Both the position numbers and the translations under genes were made by a program. DNA of 64,000 bases. Origin: Chlamydiia bacterium. Lineage in GTDB: Bacteria; Chlamydiota; Chlamydiia; Chlamydiales; GCA-2402025. Location: NCBI GenBank assembly GCA_030427725.1, contig JAUICV010000001.1:605298-669297 (forward strand), given 5' to 3'. Below, piece after piece: positions 39,921 through 49,563 of this stretch. The notes beneath the pieces were generated by a model. It was not told the origin of the DNA and searched no databases. It worked only from the letters and a program-made list of their open reading frames with translations. Within the stretch, counting starts at the first letter, position 1, and each line of letters begins with the position of its first letter.

Positions 39921-39956
39921 AAAAAAAAGCCCCTCCATATGGAGGGGCTTTTTTTG
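39921..39956 (-). terminator. rho-independent terminator of the 40011-41486 gene
   Basis: A8-GCCCCTCC-ATAT-GGAGGGGC-T7: GC-rich 10-bp stem. Confidence 0.7.
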
Positions 39957-40010
39957 AGGTTAACGCAATATTAATCTACAGATTTTCTATCCTTACTGTT
40001 TTAACAATAA

Positions 40011-41486
40011 CTAGAAACCAAAATCTTGAGCCAGTCTAATGATAGTTTCAATAAATTCCCCTGGACGTTTCTGCGAGGAGAGTTGATATAACACCTGATG
40101 CATAGTTCCGTCATCATCAATATAATAATCACAAAATGCAGCAGCTGATGCATTTTGTTTTGCAGCTATAACAACGCTTCTTACCTTGTCATAATCAGCT
40201 TCTTTAAATTTTGTGTTTCTTTTAGAGACATAACTAGCAATAATATCACTTACCCCTGTTGGATCTGTTCTAACTAGAGAAAATTGATATTTTCTAGATC
40301 CTATTTTGCTTGCAAGAAGGGATAAAAAACTTGAGTTTAGAGTAAGGGTTGTGTTGCTATTACCTTTTTGCTCTGAAACACTAACTCCTGTGTATGGCTT
40401 CCCTAAAGAATTAGTTGAATAGGTGACTACTTTTTCATCAAATACAGCAAATCTTTGACTATATCCTCCAACATTTGCAGCTAATACAGTACTTCCATAA
40501 GAATTTGCACTAAGTTCTGTAATAGCATCAATTTTACCACTGGCAAGAACTGTTATTTCAGTAGGAGCCTCACTTAAAATATCAGAGACTTGAGCCAGCT
40601 CTGATCCAGTTAAGTAAGCGATATAGCCCTGTCTTCGTTCATTAGACGTCAGTATAGTTGATCCTTGAGACACAACATCAGCTAACCGACTAACTTGTTT
40701 AGATGTTGCATAAGCCCCACTTTTTGATGTTTGATAAGCTGCATAGACTTTATTAGATTTTTCATAGACAACACAAGCTGTGTTTGCTGTATTTGCAAAA
40801 GCTCCAACAAGACTTGCAGATTTCACAACACTTTTCTTATAGACCTGCGTTCCGTTTTTTATTCCAATAGCGCTAATTTCTACTTGATTGCTTTTATTTT
40901 TGTGCTCGACAACAACCTCTGCTTGCCCTGAGCTTTTTTTAACTACAAAAACCTTACTAACACCTGTTAGTTCTTTAATATTTTCGATAAGCGTTTCTTT
41001 CAGCTCTTTAGACTCAACAGAAACGGATTTCACCACAAGTTTGTTATTAGGAGAGCGAAATGCAAAAAGGGCCGTTGTATCATCAATCCAATCTACGCTT
41101 ACATTTTCTTTTGAAGCATCGGTTGTCCAAACCGTATCACCAAGTTCAATCTGTCTATAGGATGGCAGAACAGAAGGGTTAGAAATGGTAGCTTTTACTG
41201 TTGCTTTAGAGCCACCTTGGTATCTAGCTATTGCTGTTACAAATTTTCCAGTAGATGCATTAAGAGAAGAACTGACTATATCATAAACGTTCTTGTCAAA
41301 CTCAAGGTTTTTCCCAGGTGTAATCATTTGGTTATCCAATACTTGCCCTACCGGTACAGCACTCTGAAGACCTCTTTCGAATGCTTTAAAAAAAGCCTCA
41401 TAAGCCTCATCCTGTTCACAACCACAGAATAAAATCACTCCTGTCACTAAAAATAAATGTGGGAACATTTTGTAGATACGCTTCAT
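40011..41486 (-). CDS. exported ~490-aa hypothetical lipoprotein (paralog 2 of a tandem pair)
   Basis: ATG 41486 with GGAG 8 nt upstream (the ORF track starts at TTG 41510). Signal peptide ending LFCG|C. Collinear similarity to 38275-39786. Confidence 0.7.
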   Translation of the reverse strand: MKRIYKMFPHLFLVTGVILFCGCEQDEAYEAFFKAFERGLQSAVPVGQVLDNQMITPGKNLEFDKNVYDIVSSSLNASTGKFVTAIARYQGGSKATVKATISNPSVLPSYRQIELGDTVWTTDASKENVSVDWIDDTTALFAFRSPNNKLVVKSVSVESKELKETLIENIKELTGVSKVFVVKKSSGQAEVVVEHKNKSNQVEISAIGIKNGTQVYKKSVVKSASLVGAFANTANTACVVYEKSNKVYAAYQTSKSGAYATSKQVSRLADVVSQGSTILTSNERRQGYIAYLTGSELAQVSDILSEAPTEITVLASGKIDAITELSANSYGSTVLAANVGGYSQRFAVFDEKVVTYSTNSLGKPYTGVSVSEQKGNSNTTLTLNSSFLSLLASKIGSRKYQFSLVRTDPTGVSDIIASYVSKRNTKFKEADYDKVRSVVIAAKQNASAAAFCDYYIDDDGTMHQVLYQLSSQKRPGEFIETIIRLAQDFGF

Positions 41487-41528
41487 AAAAACAACTCCTA
41501 TATTTTTCAAAATTTAATTTTTTTTTTT

Positions 41529-41557
41529 ACAGTAAGCATCTCTTTGCTAAAAGTCAA
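41529..41557 (-). promoter_or_regulatory. candidate sigma70-type promoter of paralog 2
   Basis: Minus strand reads T-run + TTGACT-17 nt-TACTGT, 42 nt upstream of ATG 41486. Same layout as the paralog-1 promoter. Confidence 0.35.
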
Positions 41558-41606
41558 AAAAAAAGCATTGCTACCAAACGCCTATGAAACGCGTTTATTT
41601 TTCTCC

Positions 41607-41635
41607 TTGAATCTACCTTTTAGACACTGTATTAA
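41607..41635 (+). promoter_or_regulatory. candidate promoter of the dehydrogenase gene
   Basis: TTGAAT-17 nt-TATTAA, 22 nt upstream of ATG 41658. Confidence 0.3.
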
Positions 41636-41657
41636 AACATCAAACAAAGGAGTGTTT

Positions 41658-42761
41658 ATGAAAGCTATCGTTTTAAAACCAGGAACAACGTCCATTCAAT
41701 TAAAAGATGTCGAAGAACCAATGATCCAAAAACCAACAGACGTTAAGATGAAGGTTTTGTCCGTTGGCATTTGCGGCACAGATAGAGAAGAAGCATCTGG
41801 TGGCAGGGCTGACGCTCCTCAAGGTGAAAGTGAACTTGTGATAGGTCACGAAATGTGCGGACAAATTGTCGAAGTAGGCTCTTTAGTTAAAGATTTTAAG
41901 GTTGGTGATTACGCAGTTTTTACAGTTCGCAGAGGATGTGGTCATTGCGAGGCCTGTTTAGCAGATCACTATGACATGTGTTATACCGGGCAATACACAG
42001 AAAGGGGCATTAAAGGTAGACATGGCTACCAAGCAGAGTTTGCAGTAGACGATGAAAAATATTTAATTAAAATACCTGAGACTATCAAAGACATCGCTGT
42101 ACTAACAGAACCAACAACTGTTGTTGAAAAAGCCATTGAAGAAGCATGTCATATCCAAACTAGTCGACTCCCAGGGCATAATAAAGAGAGCTGGCTACAA
42201 GGAAAAACAGCTTTAATCGCAGGTCTTGGACCTATCGGGCTTTTAGGAGCTATGGTCTTAGCTCTCAGAGGAGCTAAAGTTATAGGAATAGACATCGTTG
42301 ATAAGGATAGCTCGAGACCAAAAATCTTAGAAGAGCTTGGAGGAACATATATCAACGCAAAAGAAACCTCATTAGATAACCTTTTGAAACAACACCCTCA
42401 AATCGATTTAATTTTAGAAGCTGCAGGAATCGCTAAACTTGATTTTGATTTATTCGACATCTTAGGAATGAACGGGGTGTATGTTTTAACAGGAGTGCCA
42501 GCTGAAGGCAAACCCCTTGACGTCAATGGAGCACACATCATGAAACAAATAGTGCTAAAAAACCAAGTGGTTTTAGGAAGTGTTAACGCTAGCTTTGATA
42601 ACTTTCATTCAGCTGTAAAAGACCTAGAGTCAGGGCTCAAAAAATGGCCAACTACTATCCCGAAAATCATCTCTCATAAAATCCCTTTCAAAGAGTTTGA
42701 AAAAGTTTTATCTAAACACTCCCCCGATGAAATTAAGGTCATTATAACTTGGGCAGCTTAA
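41658..42761 (+). CDS. zinc-dependent MDR dehydrogenase, archaeal glucose-1-dehydrogenase-like
   Basis: ATG 41658 with aaaggag SD. MKAIVLKPG...GICGTDRE, GHEMCGQIVEVG, structural-zinc CGHCEAC..C, Rossmann GLGPIGL. The N-terminus closely resembles Sulfolobus-type GDH as I remember it. Confidence 0.6.
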   Translation: MKAIVLKPGTTSIQLKDVEEPMIQKPTDVKMKVLSVGICGTDREEASGGRADAPQGESELVIGHEMCGQIVEVGSLVKDFKVGDYAVFTVRRGCGHCEACLADHYDMCYTGQYTERGIKGRHGYQAEFAVDDEKYLIKIPETIKDIAVLTEPTTVVEKAIEEACHIQTSRLPGHNKESWLQGKTALIAGLGPIGLLGAMVLALRGAKVIGIDIVDKDSSRPKILEELGGTYINAKETSLDNLLKQHPQIDLILEAAGIAKLDFDLFDILGMNGVYVLTGVPAEGKPLDVNGAHIMKQIVLKNQVVLGSVNASFDNFHSAVKDLESGLKKWPTTIPKIISHKIPFKEFEKVLSKHSPDEIKVIITWAA

Positions 42762-42822
42762 TGATTATGGACGCAAAAGCCTTCGGCATTTTAGAATCTA
42801 AGTTTTGTAAAGGGAGGCTTTT

Positions 42823-43770
42823 GTGAGATCCAAAAACGTTTTACTTTTGATTATTTTAGCTCTTTGTTGGGGCCCATCATTTTTCTTTATCAAAATCATT
42901 TTAGAAGAGATCCCGACATTTACTTTGGTAACGCTTAGACTCTCTATTGCAACATGTATTTTGTATCTCATCATCAAGGCTCAAAAAAAGAAACTAACCC
43001 CCTTTCTAAAATACTGGAAAGAATTTGTGATTATGGGTTTTTTCGCTTCAGCTCTCCCCTTTTGCCTTATCACTTATTCTGAGACAAAAATTCCGTCATC
43101 ATTAGCCGGAATTATCAATGGATCCCCTCCAATATTTACAGCAATTTTAGCTCATATTTTTTTAGAAAATGAAAAGATGAGCTTTAAGAAAATCTCTGGG
43201 ATTTTAGTTGGATTTTTAGGAATATTAGTCGTATTTATGCCTTCGATCCTAAAAGGATTGGATGCTAATATTACGGGTATTAGTTTAGTTGTTATTGCTT
43301 CAATCTCCTACTCGATTGCCATGGTTTTTTCTAGAAAAAAGCTATCACACCTTCCCAATTTGATCGGCCCTATATTTCAAGTAATGATGGGGGCTTTAAT
43401 TGTCCTGCCGTTCTCGATTTTTGTTGATAAATCGTACACTCTCTCCATCCCTTCTCCAAAAATTATTACCGCTATCTTTAGCTTAGCTATTCTTGGAACA
43501 GTTTTGTCATTTACGATATATTACGTTCTTTTAAAAACAGCTGGAGCTACCTATCTTTCCACCTCAACCTTGCTCTTTCCTTTTGTCTCAATATTCTTAG
43601 GTGTCGTTTTTTTAAAGGAAACCCTTGGCTGGAATGAATACCTTGGATGCTCACTCATTTTGCTTGGTTTGACCATTACAAATTCATTAATAAAAGCAAA
43701 AGATCTCACAAGTCTTTTTAAAGTTAAAAAGCTTGTACGTAATAAAGATAAAACATCTAACAAGAGCTAA
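42823..43770 (+). CDS. EamA/DMT-family transporter
   Basis: 315 aa, 10 TM, two EamA-like halves. GTG start with gggagg SD. Confidence 0.7.
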   Translation: MRSKNVLLLIILALCWGPSFFFIKIILEEIPTFTLVTLRLSIATCILYLIIKAQKKKLTPFLKYWKEFVIMGFFASALPFCLITYSETKIPSSLAGIINGSPPIFTAILAHIFLENEKMSFKKISGILVGFLGILVVFMPSILKGLDANITGISLVVIASISYSIAMVFSRKKLSHLPNLIGPIFQVMMGALIVLPFSIFVDKSYTLSIPSPKIITAIFSLAILGTVLSFTIYYVLLKTAGATYLSTSTLLFPFVSIFLGVVFLKETLGWNEYLGCSLILLGLTITNSLIKAKDLTSLFKVKKLVRNKDKTSNKS

Positions 43771-46387
43771 GCAAAAGATAGGTTTGGTCCTTTAATAGGT
43801 CTTTTAGGCTTTCATTTGAGTTAATTTGATACAATTGACCTGTGATTATGCACTGATAATCGCCAGTAATTGAGTCTGGAATACTCAGGGATTCATCCGT
43901 TAAGTCCATAGACAAAAACCTTCTAGCAACAACTAAAAGCTTTTTGTCTTTGCTGACCCTGGCATAGGAGACGAAAAGTGACTTTGATTTTTCACTTGAG
44001 TTTATAGGGATGTATTCCCCATTGAAAATTAGATCTTTGTTAGCTTTCCTAAACGTAAATCCAGCACTTAAAAGCTTCATTTTTTCTAAATTAGTTGTCA
44101 TGGGAACTGGATCGTTCTCTAAAAGAGCCTTTTCTCGTTTATCAAAATCCACATCTCTTCTGTTATCTGGATCAACAAGCGCAAAATCAACCCACTCTGT
44201 TCCTTGATAGGTGTCTAAAGCAGCTGGCAGGCCAATTTTTAAAGCCATGCAGCTCAAAACATTCAAATAACCCAGTCTAGCCAAAGGCTTAACAAACTCC
44301 CCTAAAGCAGAAATAGATGTGTTATCTTCGAAGAACTCTATCAAGAACTTAGAAATCGCATGTTCATATGAAACGTTTCTTTCTGTCCAACTCGTATAAG
44401 CTTTAGACTCTTTCGCAGCCTTAAAAAAATACTCTTCTAACCTATTTTGAAGATCTTTTTTTTGAGTTTGATCTATAGGAGCGTCTGGCCAAAGCCCAAC
44501 AAGTGTTTGGTACATGAAATATATCATGTTTGTATCAAGATACTTAACTGACATATAGTTTTTCTTTTGAAGCTCATAAAGCGTCTCACAAAAATATTGA
44601 AATTGATCGAAACATTCACTAAGAGCTGCTAAGCGTAACCTAACACCTTCACTACGTTTAGTGTCATGAGTCGAAGAGGTAATCCACGATAATGGAGATG
44701 TGTTGAGCTTTTTGATCATTCTTTCATGAAATTCTAAACTTGTAATTCCAAACAGATCTAACCAACCGCCCACTTCATTTAACGCTAAAAACTTGTTGTT
44801 GTTGTAAAGATGAGTGTCCTCAAAACCTTTAGCCATAATCGACGGACAAATTTGCTGAAAACGCATCACAAAAGATATCTTATCTTCCAAAAAAGGACTT
44901 TGAAGCTCAAACACTTTTTCAAGCTCATCTAAAACATTTTTGTAAGAACATTTTGATTTAGCTTTTGCAAAGCTAATCTTCAAAATAGCTTTATCCTGTA
45001 AAGAAGGCTTTTCTAAACCTTTTTCCAAATACGTTCTATAAACTGGAAATGAGCAAAACAAGCAAACAAGAGCTTCATAAACCATGAAATCCTCAAAAAC
45101 AAGTTGTTGTCTTTTACAGATCATTTGAAGCTTTTCTACTAACTTGTCGATCTCTGACCGTAGAGAAACAGCGGCTATAGAACGTTTTTCCTCAAAAAGC
45201 TTGGCCTCTTCATCTAATTTAGAACCTACAAATTTTTCATAAAAACTATACACCTCATCTTGTTTCATAGGATTAATAAAAAGATGTGTCATCATGTTTA
45301 AATGCTCATAACCAACAGATCCTAACACCTGCCAGTTTTCTGGAATCTCTTCATCTTTTTCTAAGATTTTCTCTACGGTGACATACAGCTGTTGGTCGAA
45401 AGGCACTTGAAGCCATTTGAAATACTCTCTAGGGCTATAAAACCCATCTGGGTGATCAATCCTCACGCCTTGAACAACATCTTCTTTAATAAGCTCTATT
45501 AAAAGTTTATGATATCTATTAAATAACTCCTTGTTTTGCATAGAGACTGCAGCAAGCTCATTGATATCAAAAAACCTTCGATAATTGATATTTTTGGGAG
45601 CGGCTCTCCAGTACTCAAACAAGTAATGTTGCTTGGCAATCAAATGACTCAAAGCTTCATTATCATTTGAAATTTTCTGACAGAGGTTAGTTAGATTGCT
45701 TAAGTTACCTTGTTCAATTTCTTTCCAAAGCTGATATAAACTCTGACTTTTTTTGGAATACGAAATGGTAGTTAAATCAGCCGCGGCTTCACAAAACCTA
45801 TGAGCTTTAATACCCTCTAAATGTTGTATAATACTTCTATAAGACGATATGGCAAGAGGATACTTTATATTGTTATAACAAAGCCAAAGCTCGTGATTGG
45901 ATAAACACAACTGAAATTTATTCAGTTCAAGACTCTCTTGATAACTCTCTTCTAAAACAGGCAACATTACCTTGTTTTTAAGGCTTTTATTTGTCACATC
46001 CCAGCTTATATCAAAATCTTGGGCATGCTTTGAGTTCTTACCGTGTTTTAAGACATCTACCCACCACGGATTGGTAGTATCTGTAGACATATGATTTGCA
46101 ACGACATCAACAACTAAAGAGATCCCAAGTTTTTTCGCTTTTTGACTAAGGGTAAGTAGGGCTTGTTTACCTCCCAGATCTTCACTAACAACAAGAGGGT
46201 TAACTATATCATAGCCATGAAGACTTTTAGGTTTAGCTTGAAAAACTGGCGAAAGATATAACGCATCTACGCCAAGTTTTTGAAAATACTCAAGCCTTTC
46301 TATCACAGAACTAAAGGGAAACTTGTAGTTTAGCTGCAAACGGTAAAGGTTTACAAAAGCGTGTTGACTCTTAGAAGGCGATTTCAT
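43757..46387 (-). CDS. treY: malto-oligosyltrehalose synthase
   Basis: YRLQL..F.F...LEYFQKLGVDALYLSPVFQAKPKSLHGYDIVNP, VVDVVANHM, NPWWVDVL, FDISW, GVRIDHPDG. ATG 46387 forms an ATGA overlap with the upstream gene (the ORF track uses TTG 46408). Confidence 0.85.
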   Translation of the reverse strand: MKSPSKSQHAFVNLYRLQLNYKFPFSSVIERLEYFQKLGVDALYLSPVFQAKPKSLHGYDIVNPLVVSEDLGGKQALLTLSQKAKKLGISLVVDVVANHMSTDTTNPWWVDVLKHGKNSKHAQDFDISWDVTNKSLKNKVMLPVLEESYQESLELNKFQLCLSNHELWLCYNNIKYPLAISSYRSIIQHLEGIKAHRFCEAAADLTTISYSKKSQSLYQLWKEIEQGNLSNLTNLCQKISNDNEALSHLIAKQHYLFEYWRAAPKNINYRRFFDINELAAVSMQNKELFNRYHKLLIELIKEDVVQGVRIDHPDGFYSPREYFKWLQVPFDQQLYVTVEKILEKDEEIPENWQVLGSVGYEHLNMMTHLFINPMKQDEVYSFYEKFVGSKLDEEAKLFEEKRSIAAVSLRSEIDKLVEKLQMICKRQQLVFEDFMVYEALVCLFCSFPVYRTYLEKGLEKPSLQDKAILKISFAKAKSKCSYKNVLDELEKVFELQSPFLEDKISFVMRFQQICPSIMAKGFEDTHLYNNNKFLALNEVGGWLDLFGITSLEFHERMIKKLNTSPLSWITSSTHDTKRSEGVRLRLAALSECFDQFQYFCETLYELQKKNYMSVKYLDTNMIYFMYQTLVGLWPDAPIDQTQKKDLQNRLEEYFFKAAKESKAYTSWTERNVSYEHAISKFLIEFFEDNTSISALGEFVKPLARLGYLNVLSCMALKIGLPAALDTYQGTEWVDFALVDPDNRRDVDFDKREKALLENDPVPMTTNLEKMKLLSAGFTFRKANKDLIFNGEYIPINSSEKSKSLFVSYARVSKDKKLLVVARRFLSMDLTDESLSIPDSITGDYQCIITGQLYQINSNESLKDLLKDQTYLLLSSC

Positions 46388-47241
46388 TGATACTGATAAA
46401 ACTGACAATAGGGTTTAAAACCTAATTGATGATAAAAATAGCATTGCTCCTTTAAAGCTTTAACGACACTATAATGATATCCCTGGTGCTTTGCTTGGCA
46501 AAGCATCTTCGATGTTAAATCAACAGTTAAATCCCTTTTTTCAGCTTCAAATTCAGATGATATGCAAGTTGAGATCCCAGCTATTCCATTTCCTAAATAA
46601 AGATCGCCCACTATTGCTGGTTTATTATTTAAATATCCTACATAAAGCTTCACGGGATCAGATACATTTAGATTTAAACTTCCAAGTTTTGAAAAATATT
46701 CATCTATAAATTTCGATGTTTTCCCAGAATTTTTTAAAACCTTTAAAAATTCATCAATCCCAGCTTTTGACAAAACCTGCTGAACATGAAACCCTCTTAT
46801 GTAACTTAGTCTCTTCCTAAAATGAGATAAATTTATAAGCATACAAAAGCTATCTTGGACCTTTTTTAACCCAAATTTGCTTAAGGCATTTTTTGCATCT
46901 TCATCTAAAATTGTAGGCCCTATAAGCCAGGTAAACGGGCGGTTGTTTTTTTTGATATAATCTAGAGGTTGTAAAATATCTTCATTTTGCAGCTCTTTGT
47001 CAGATTTTGTCATAAAGACATAGTTATACCCTTCAGACTTAGTCTCTGTGTCAACAAGTATAAAATGGTCTTTTTTTAATACCTTCATCTGAGGATGCTT
47101 TGAAGCAAAATACAGATTATGCCCTATGATATTTTTCTCGATTGCCTCTAGTAGCGTATCATCTGTATGATCTCGAATTAGCCAATTTCTCATAATATTT
47201 TTTTCCAGTTCAAGAGCTGCATTTTGGACAAAACTTTTCAT
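46384..47241 (-). CDS. hypothetical protein with C-terminal GNAT-like acetyltransferase fold (weak)
   Basis: 285 aa. The C-terminal ..GIAGIST..LCQAKHQGYHYSVVKALKEQCYFYHQLGFKPY resembles a GNAT C-terminal half. Translationally coupled to treY. Confidence 0.35.
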   Translation of the reverse strand: MKSFVQNAALELEKNIMRNWLIRDHTDDTLLEAIEKNIIGHNLYFASKHPQMKVLKKDHFILVDTETKSEGYNYVFMTKSDKELQNEDILQPLDYIKKNNRPFTWLIGPTILDEDAKNALSKFGLKKVQDSFCMLINLSHFRKRLSYIRGFHVQQVLSKAGIDEFLKVLKNSGKTSKFIDEYFSKLGSLNLNVSDPVKLYVGYLNNKPAIVGDLYLGNGIAGISTCISSEFEAEKRDLTVDLTSKMLCQAKHQGYHYSVVKALKEQCYFYHQLGFKPYCQFYQYQ

Positions 47242-47349
47242 CTGTCAAGAATTTTATGAGTTTTTTCAAAAAAAAAATTAAGTAATAAATTTTACCTTCG
47301 AAAAGAATTTTAAAATCTCTTAAAATGTTCCCAAAAATTGGTATTATGT

Positions 47350-48423
47350 ATGAATAAGAGTAATCTAACAGTTGCTGTAGGACTTTCAGGAGGAGTTGAT
47401 TCATCTGTTTCAGCTAAACTATTGAAAGATCAAGGCTATAATGTCATAGCCCTTTTCATGAAAAATTGGGAAGATGACGAACTTTGCCCAGCCGCTAAAG
47501 ATTACCAAGATGTCATCAAAGTCTGTCAAACACTAGATATCCCCTATTACACGCTGAATTTTTCTGAGACGTATTATGAAGAGGTTTTTCAAGAGCTTAT
47601 AGACGGACTAAAAAAAGGAACCACTCCAAATCCTGATATCTTGTGCAACAAGGAAATCAAGTTCAAGCACTTCCTCAATCAAGCAAAAAAACTAGGCGCT
47701 GATTTTTTAGCGACTGGACATTACTGCCAAGTTGAACGCTCAAATGATCAATTCAAGCTAGTACGAGGTCTTGATACCAATAAAGATCAAAGCTATTTCC
47801 TCTATACGCTAGGGCAAGAACAATTAAAGCATGTGCTGTTTCCAATTGGACACTTAACAAAACCGGAAGTTCGCTCAATTGCTAAACAGGCTAATTTAGC
47901 TAACTCAGAAAAAAAAGATTCCACAGGAATCTGTTTCATAGGCAAAAGAAATTTTAAAGATTTCATTTCAACTTACATTCCTATGAGAGAAGGAAACATT
48001 TTAGATGAAAGAGGAAACATCCTTGGCCGTCATCAAGGAGTCTTTTACTACACGATAGGACAACGAAAAGGATTAGGCATTGGAGGAGAAGGTGACGCTT
48101 GGTTTGTCATAGACAAAGATATTCATACAAATGAGCTCATCGTTGCCCAAGGCCACGATCACCCTAAATTACTTTCTAAGTCTCTTTTAGCTAATCAAAT
48201 CCATTGGGTAAATACAGAAAATCTCAAATTTCCCCTCAAATGCTCCGCTAAAATCCGCTATCGCCAAAAAGATGAGCCTTGCATTATTGAATCTTTTGAA
48301 GATGATCAAATTAAAGTAACTTTTTTAAATCCTGTTTGGGCAGCAACCCTTGGTCAATCAATCGTTTTTTATGATAATCAAACCTGTCTTGGTGGAGCGA
48401 TTATATCACATAAATGTGATTAA
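47350..48423 (+). CDS. mnmA: tRNA-specific 2-thiouridylase
   Basis: PP-loop VGLSGGVDSSVSA, FMKNWEDD, DSTGICFIG, QRKGLGIGG. Confidence 0.9.
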   Translation: MNKSNLTVAVGLSGGVDSSVSAKLLKDQGYNVIALFMKNWEDDELCPAAKDYQDVIKVCQTLDIPYYTLNFSETYYEEVFQELIDGLKKGTTPNPDILCNKEIKFKHFLNQAKKLGADFLATGHYCQVERSNDQFKLVRGLDTNKDQSYFLYTLGQEQLKHVLFPIGHLTKPEVRSIAKQANLANSEKKDSTGICFIGKRNFKDFISTYIPMREGNILDERGNILGRHQGVFYYTIGQRKGLGIGGEGDAWFVIDKDIHTNELIVAQGHDHPKLLSKSLLANQIHWVNTENLKFPLKCSAKIRYRQKDEPCIIESFEDDQIKVTFLNPVWAATLGQSIVFYDNQTCLGGAIISHKCD

Positions 48424-48488
48424 ATTTTTTATTATTTAAATTTTGTTAAAACAATATTCTATGGTGTATTTTTAGATCAAAATTGGTT

Positions 48489-49562
48489 ATGATATCGCTT
48501 TTTAATCAATTTAAAAAAATGAGCCAAGCAATGGAATCAAAGGCCTGTTCACACCATCTGCTTAGAAGAATCCTAGCAAGACTTTTAGATTACTCTTTTT
48601 TCTATAGTCTTCTTATTTTACCCCTTTTTTTTACTTCTTTAATTCCAAATGAAATGCTTCATCTAATGATAGGGGCCTTGATCCCTCTTTTTTGGATACC
48701 TATTGAAGCTTTCCTTCTGTCAACTTTTGGAACAACACCTGGAAAAAGCCTACTAGGATTGCACATTAAAAATGATCAAGAAGATACGTTACGGTTTCAC
48801 CCAGCTCTAAAAAGATCTCTAAACATCTGGCTTAGCGTCTTAGCTTGCAGCATTTTACCTTTAACAATTTTTTCTAGTTATCGCAGCTATAAACAACTTA
48901 AACGATTTAATAAACTCAAAATTGATCAAAAGCTTTCAAGTACAGTTTATTTAAAAAAATCTTCGAAAATAAGAGTGGCTATAGCTTCTGCTTTAGTGTT
49001 TTTGTACTCGATCTTTTTTTTAGCGGAATATGAAATGAGAGATGTTTTGATCTCTGATAAAAGCTTTTTTTCATCAAAGCTTTTTAAAGAAGAAGCAGGC
49101 ATGTGGACGGCATTTAATGACCCAAGAGGTGAATTTGTTATACACTTCCCTTCGTCTCCAAAGACCCATGAATCAGCACTACCAACTTCTGAGGGAAAAG
49201 ATCCTTTACCTTTATCTGAAATCAAAATCGTACAAGATAAAATAGAGTATAACTTAAGCTACACTATCCTCCCAAAAAGCTTAACAAAATGGGGATCTTC
49301 TTTAGTGTTAAAAGGCTCGTTAAAGCTTTTAGCAAAACACACTCCTGGTGGAGCGAAAATATACAAAAAAAGCACAACAAAATTCAAAAATCACCCAGCG
49401 ATTGATTTTATTTTAATTCGAAAAGGTGGTTTTGAATCTATGGGAAGACTTGTTCTTATTAAAAGTAAGCTCTACAAAGTAGAAGTCACTTTTCCAGCAA
49501 ATAAAAAGACCGAAATCGCAGAAAAGTCTAATATCTTCTTACAGTCCTTTACACCGAAGTAG
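48489..49562 (+). CDS. RDD-family membrane protein with C-terminal extracytoplasmic domain
   Basis: N-terminal RRILARLLDYSFF.. (RDD-like) plus 3-4 TM, then a ~170-aa soluble tail. Confidence 0.45.
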   Translation: MISLFNQFKKMSQAMESKACSHHLLRRILARLLDYSFFYSLLILPLFFTSLIPNEMLHLMIGALIPLFWIPIEAFLLSTFGTTPGKSLLGLHIKNDQEDTLRFHPALKRSLNIWLSVLACSILPLTIFSSYRSYKQLKRFNKLKIDQKLSSTVYLKKSSKIRVAIASALVFLYSIFFLAEYEMRDVLISDKSFFSSKLFKEEAGMWTAFNDPRGEFVIHFPSSPKTHESALPTSEGKDPLPLSEIKIVQDKIEYNLSYTILPKSLTKWGSSLVLKGSLKLLAKHTPGGAKIYKKSTTKFKNHPAIDFILIRKGGFESMGRLVLIKSKLYKVEVTFPANKKTEIAEKSNIFLQSFTPK

Positions 49563-49563
49563 G

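Noticed and set aside
40731-41432. Three plus-strand ORFs (66-90 aa) antisense to the 40011-41486 gene
   Set aside because: These are antisense shadows of a gene supported by paralogy, an SD and a terminator. The same reasoning applies to the other 60-92-aa ORFs nested in long genes elsewhere (e.g. 492-707, 2554-2760, 4150-4353, 7957-8184, 8625-8837, 11726-11917, 13564-13779, 21557-21742, 23588-23830, 27434-27637, 28319-28525, 29409-29591, 30030-30290, 34965-35159, 39273-39521, 42149-42355, 43551-43763, 44010-44280, 46491-46709, 47210-47404, 48947-49225, 57119-57325, 61743-61967, 63271-63468).
41457-41657. N-terminal 67-codon extension of the dehydrogenase ORF, overlapping the 5' end of the divergent lipoprotein gene
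   Set aside because: Similarity to MDR/GDH enzymes begins exactly at MKAIVLKPG (ATG 41658), which has an aaaggag SD. The extension runs through promoter-like AT-rich DNA.
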